Positions 60,662 to 64,000 of a stretch of DNA of 64,000 nt are shown one piece after another. Where the stretch lies: the NCBI GenBank assembly GCA_963745875.1, contig CAVUZL010000008.1, positions 20,427 to 84,426 of the forward strand, in the 5' to 3' direction. Under the pieces are notes generated by a model. That model did no database searches and had not been told where the DNA came from. It worked only from the letters and a program-made list of their open reading frames with translations. The stretch comes from an uncultured Acidobacteriota bacterium. Its GTDB lineage: Bacteria > Acidobacteriota > Vicinamibacteria > Vicinamibacterales > CAVVIG01. The first letter of the stretch is position 1, and each line of letters begins with the position of its first letter. The position numbers and the translations under genes are program-made.

Positions 60662-61324
60662 ATGGCCAAGCAGCGGCGGCCGTCTTCCCAATCGACGAAG
60701 GCTCAACTTCAGGATTCCTCTGCCCGTTCGCCTCGCGTCGGCGACGAGCCTGAGGAAACCCAGACCCCAATGACCCACCAGCCGCGCCAGCGTGCCACCT
60801 ATGTCCAGGCGGTCGCGCTCTACGAGCGCGGGGTCGAATCGCTCCAGAATCATGCGTACGAACAGGCCACCAATCTGTTCGAGTCGGTCCTCCAGCAATA
60901 TCCGGAAGAGAAGGAACTGCACGAGCGCGTGCGGCTCTACCTGAATATCTGCAGGCGTCAGGCCGCGCAGCGCGAAGCGGCGCCACAGACGATCGACGAG
61001 CGCCTCTACGCGGCGACGCTGGCCATCAACGGCGGCTCCTACGATCAGGCGATTGCCCACCTGCGCCTGGTCCGGGACGAGGATCCCGACAACGACCACG
61101 CGATCTACATGCTCGCGGTGGCGCACGCGCAGCGCGGCGAGCACGCCGAGGCGGTGGCGCACCTCGAGCGCGCCATCGCGCTCAATCCGGAGAACCGGGC
61201 GCTCGCCCGTCACGATCCGGACCTCGAGCCGTTGCGGGCCGACGCGGCCCTTCGCGCCGCCATGGATGCGCCGTCCGCCCCTATCGACCCCCGCCGAACT
61301 CTGAAGACCCGTTCGGCGCGATAA
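60662..61324 (+). CDS. TPR-repeat protein
   Basis: 220 aa with a basic/Ser-rich N-terminus and then TPR-like helices ('YVQAVALYERGVESLQNHAYEQATNLFESVLQQYPE', 'AIYMLAVAHAQRGEHAEAVAHLERAIALNPEN'). Confidence 0.7.
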   Translation: MAKQRRPSSQSTKAQLQDSSARSPRVGDEPEETQTPMTHQPRQRATYVQAVALYERGVESLQNHAYEQATNLFESVLQQYPEEKELHERVRLYLNICRRQAAQREAAPQTIDERLYAATLAINGGSYDQAIAHLRLVRDEDPDNDHAIYMLAVAHAQRGEHAEAVAHLERAIALNPENRALARHDPDLEPLRADAALRAAMDAPSAPIDPRRTLKTRSAR

Positions 61325-61330
61325 TCAGAC

Positions 61331-62713
61331 GTGGACGTTCACGTCGTCATCCTCGCCGCCGGCAAGGGCACGCGCATGAAATCCGCCCTGCCCAAAGTGC
61401 TCCATCGGGTGGCCGGACGGCCGATGATCGAACACGTGCTTGCCTCGTCGGCGGCGCTCTCGCCGCGCTCGACCACTGTCGTCATCGGTCACCAGGCGGA
61501 AACCCTCGAGCGGGCGCTGGCCGCACGGACGGGCGTCGGCTTCGTCATCCAGGAGCCGCAGCTCGGGACCGCGCACGCCTTGTCAATGACCGAGGGCGCA
61601 CTGACGGGCGCGACTGGCACCCTGGTGCTGTTGTCAGGCGACGTGCCACTCCTGAAGCGGGAAACGCTCGCCACGCTGGTCGATCGTCACGTCGAATCCG
61701 GCGCCGCCGCAACGGTCGTGACTGCCCTGCTTGACCAACCTCGCGGCTACGGCCGGATCGTCCGCGACGGCGAGCAGATTGCACGGATCGTTGAGGACAA
61801 GGACGCGACGCCGGCCGAGAAGGAAATCCGTGAAATCAACTCGGGTATTTATGCCTTCGCGCTGGCTGGTTTGTTCGACGCGGTGCGCGGCATCGCCGCC
61901 GAGAATGCCCAGCACGAGTATTACCTGCCCGACCTCGTGGCCATCTTCAGGCGGCAGGGCCGGGTCGTCGAAACCGTCACCGTCTCGAACCCGGACGAGA
62001 TTCGAGGCATCAACAGCCGCGCCGAGCTCGCGGCCGTGAGTCGAATTGTGCGCGACGACACAGTTGCGGAACTGATGGCGGCCGGCGTGACGATCGAGGA
62101 TCCGGCAACCACCTACGTCGATCTCGGGGTGACCGTCGGCATGGACACGATTGTTCACCCCGGTGTGTCGCTCGAAGGGCGAACCACGGTCGGCGGCGGG
62201 TGTGAAATTCACAGTGGCGCGCGCATCGTGGATTCCCAGATCGGGGACCGCGTCACGATTCTGGACCACTGCCTGATCAGCAACTCACGCATCGGCGATC
62301 GCGCAACGGTCGGGCCGTTTGCGCATCTGCGCAACGAAGCCGATGTTCGCGATGGTTCAAAGGTCGGAAACTTCGTCGAGCTCAAACACACCGTGCTCGG
62401 TGCCGGTTCGAAAGCGGCGCATCTGGCGTATCTCGGCGACGCCACGATTGGCGAACGCGTCAACATCGGCGCCGGCACGATCACGTGCAACTACGACGGG
62501 GTCAGGAAACACCAGACCATCATCGAGGACGAAGCGTTCGTCGGCAGCGACTCGCAGTTGATTGCGCCGGTCACCATCGGTGCGGGCGCGTACGTCGGAA
62601 CCGGTACGACCGTCCGGACGTCAGTGCCGCCCGGAGCGCTGGCCGTCAGCGCCGGGAAGCAGCGCAATATCGAGGGATGGGTGAGCGAGAAGAAGGCGCG
62701 GGCAAAAAAGTAA
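61331..62713 (+). CDS. glmU: Bifunctional GlcNAc-1-phosphate uridyltransferase / glucosamine-1-phosphate acetyltransferase
   Basis: 460 aa with a GTG start. 'VVILAAGKGTRMKSALPKVLH' is the nucleotidyltransferase motif. The C-terminal left-handed beta-helix hexapeptide repeats include 'NYDGVRKHQTIIEDEAFVGS'. Confidence 0.95.
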   Translation: MDVHVVILAAGKGTRMKSALPKVLHRVAGRPMIEHVLASSAALSPRSTTVVIGHQAETLERALAARTGVGFVIQEPQLGTAHALSMTEGALTGATGTLVLLSGDVPLLKRETLATLVDRHVESGAAATVVTALLDQPRGYGRIVRDGEQIARIVEDKDATPAEKEIREINSGIYAFALAGLFDAVRGIAAENAQHEYYLPDLVAIFRRQGRVVETVTVSNPDEIRGINSRAELAAVSRIVRDDTVAELMAAGVTIEDPATTYVDLGVTVGMDTIVHPGVSLEGRTTVGGGCEIHSGARIVDSQIGDRVTILDHCLISNSRIGDRATVGPFAHLRNEADVRDGSKVGNFVELKHTVLGAGSKAAHLAYLGDATIGERVNIGAGTITCNYDGVRKHQTIIEDEAFVGSDSQLIAPVTIGAGAYVGTGTTVRTSVPPGALAVSAGKQRNIEGWVSEKKARAKK

Positions 62714-62767
62714 GAAGTCTGAAGTACGAAGTGAGAACGTACGAACGCAGAACGACGAACTTAGAAC
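62710..62767. repeat. Direct array of about eight 7-8-nt units (GNNNGAA / NNNGAAC) between glmU and glmS
   Basis: The units are gtaagaa gtctgaa gtacgaa gtgagaac gtacgaac gcagaac gacgaac ttagaac. The array starts at the glmU stop codon and ends 16 nt before the glmS ATG. No complementary arm is present. Confidence 0.75.
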
Positions 62768-62782
62768 CTCGGTACATCACCT

Positions 62783-64000
62783 ATGTGCGGAATCATCGGC
62801 TACATCGGACCGAAAGAAGTCGTCCCCGTGCTCATCGAGGGACTGCGAAAGCTCGAATACCGGGGGTATGACTCCGCTGGCGTCGCGGTGGTTCGCGACG
62901 GAGTGATGGACCTGCGACGCAGTGCCGGGAAGCTGGCCAACCTCGAGCAGGTGATTCGCATCAACCCGATTACCGGCGGGTATGGGGTCGGCCACACCCG
63001 TTGGGCGACGCACGGACGACCGACCGAGGAGAACGCCCACCCGCATCGCGACTGCACCGGCAAGATTGTGGTGGTGCACAACGGCATCATCGAGAACTAC
63101 CTCGATCTCAAGCAGCAGCTTCAACGCGAGGGTCACACCTTCGTTACCGAGACCGACACCGAAATCGTCGCCCATCTCGTCGAGCGCGAGATGAAAGACG
63201 ATGGCCTGGAAAACGCGGTGCGGCGGGCGCTGGCGCTGATGCGTGGGTTGTTCGCGCTGGTGCTGATCTCCGCCGACGACCCGGAAAAGATTGTGACCGT
63301 GCGCAACGGACCGCCGATCGTCGTCGGTCTCGGCGACGGGGAGTTTTTCGTCGCGTCCGACATCCCGCCAATCCTGAGCCATACCCGCGACGTGGTGTTC
63401 CTCGGCGACGAGGAAATGGCGGTCATCACGCGCACCGGTGTCGAGTTCACGGATTTCTTCGGCCGGCCGGTTTCCAAAGCGACGCAGCGCGTGCTGTGGG
63501 ATCCGATCATGGCGGAGAAGGCGGGCTACAAGCACTTCATGCTCAAGGAAATCTTCGAGCAGCCGACCGCCGCGCGCGAAACCATTCTCGGCCGTCTCTC
63601 GCAGGACACCGGCAAGGTGTTCCTCGACGAAATGAAGATCACCGACGCCCAGTTCGCGGCGGTGGAGAAGGTGACGATTCTGGCGTGCGGCACCTCCTGG
63701 CACGCTGGACTGGTCGGCAAGTACATGATCGAGCGGCTGGCGCGTGTGCCGGTCGAGGTCGATTACGGATCGGAGTATCGCTATCGGAGCCCGATCGTTC
63801 CGCCGCAGACGCTGGCGGTGGTGATCACGCAGTCCGGCGAGACCGCCGATACGCTCGCGGCGCTGCGCGAAGCGAAACACGGTGGTGCGCAAAGCCTGGC
63901 GATCTGCAACGTCGTCGGCAGCATGGCCACGCGCGAGACCGACGGGACCATCTACACGCACGCCGGCCCGGAAATCGGTGTCGCTTCGACCAAGGCGTTC
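62783..64000 (+). CDS. glmS: Glutamine-fructose-6-phosphate aminotransferase, N-terminal 405 codons (runs off the right edge)
   Basis: It is absent from the ORF track because it has no stop in the window. ATG at 62783 gives '[37 protein letters not shown]' (Ntn Cys2). The frame then stays open to 64000, with 'HTRWATHG' and SIS-domain sequence '[11 protein letters not shown]'. Confidence 0.95.
   Translation, partial: MCGIIGYIGPKEVVPVLIEGLRKLEYRGYDSAGVAVVRDGVMDLRRSAGKLANLEQVIRINPITGGYGVGHTRWATHGRPTEENAHPHRDCTGKIVVVHNGIIENYLDLKQQLQREGHTFVTETDTEIVAHLVEREMKDDGLENAVRRALALMRGLFALVLISADDPEKIVTVRNGPPIVVGLGDGEFFVASDIPPILSHTRDVVFLGDEEMAVITRTGVEFTDFFGRPVSKATQRVLWDPIMAEKAGYKHFMLKEIFEQPTAARETILGRLSQDTGKVFLDEMKITDAQFAAVEKVTILACGTSWHAGLVGKYMIERLARVPVEVDYGSEYRYRSPIVPPQTLAVVITQSGETADTLAALREAKHGGAQSLAICNVVGSMATRETDGTIYTHAGPEIGVASTKAF

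Noticed and set aside
62714-62782. glmS ribozyme upstream of glmS
   Set aside because: The spacer is only 69 nt and consists of the heptad array. It is too short and lacks the conserved ribozyme core.
62777-63961. 394-aa minus-strand ORF
   Set aside because: It is antisense to glmS ('MCGIIGYIG...'). glmS is missing from the track only because it has no stop codon inside the window.

Overview
High-GC chromosomal window (about two-thirds G+C by eye) from a diderm bacterium; the lineage cannot be fixed from the sequence alone. (1) Positions 1-12134 hold a minus-strand operon for an extracellular contractile injection system (eCIS, a phage-tail-like particle). In transcription order it encodes a LuxR-type regulator, a small receiver-like ORF, an Afp15-type AAA+ ATPase, a DUF4255 cap, sheath, tube, tail assembly chaperone, a DUF6760-like ORF, a tape-measure-like ORF, a LysM/tube-initiator, a gpD-like hub, a spike, PAAR, gp25 and baseplate J. 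The operon runs off the left edge, so fibres and cargo are not visible. (2) Positions 22007-30895 hold a complete quinohemoprotein amine dehydrogenase cluster in the order qhpG-A-D-C-B-F-E. Its gamma-subunit precursor keeps all crosslink residues, and a Ser/Thr-kinase/STAND gene lies divergent to it. (3) A contiguous nitrogen-assimilation array gltB-gltD-glnD-PII-amt (36075-46249) is followed by an S9 peptidase and a 1643-aa autotransporter. (4) The remaining genes are transporters and housekeeping genes (S1-domain protein, serS, galU, rsmI, glmU, glmS). I saw no rRNA, tRNA, CRISPR array, transposase or integrase. Four things need a second look. About twenty single-base reading-frame breaks cluster in three patches: the eCIS baseplate/spike genes, a 0.9-kb stretch of gltB, and a DUF885 gene. 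Isolated breaks also occur in qhpD, qhpF and a cytochrome c peroxidase gene. These breaks may be pseudogenisation or consensus errors, and I cannot tell which without reads. A G7 run sits in the correct phase for -1 frameshifting at the chaperone/DUF6760 junction. Heptad-periodic intergenic repeat elements follow three stop codons. The 3' part of rsmI drops sharply in G+C.
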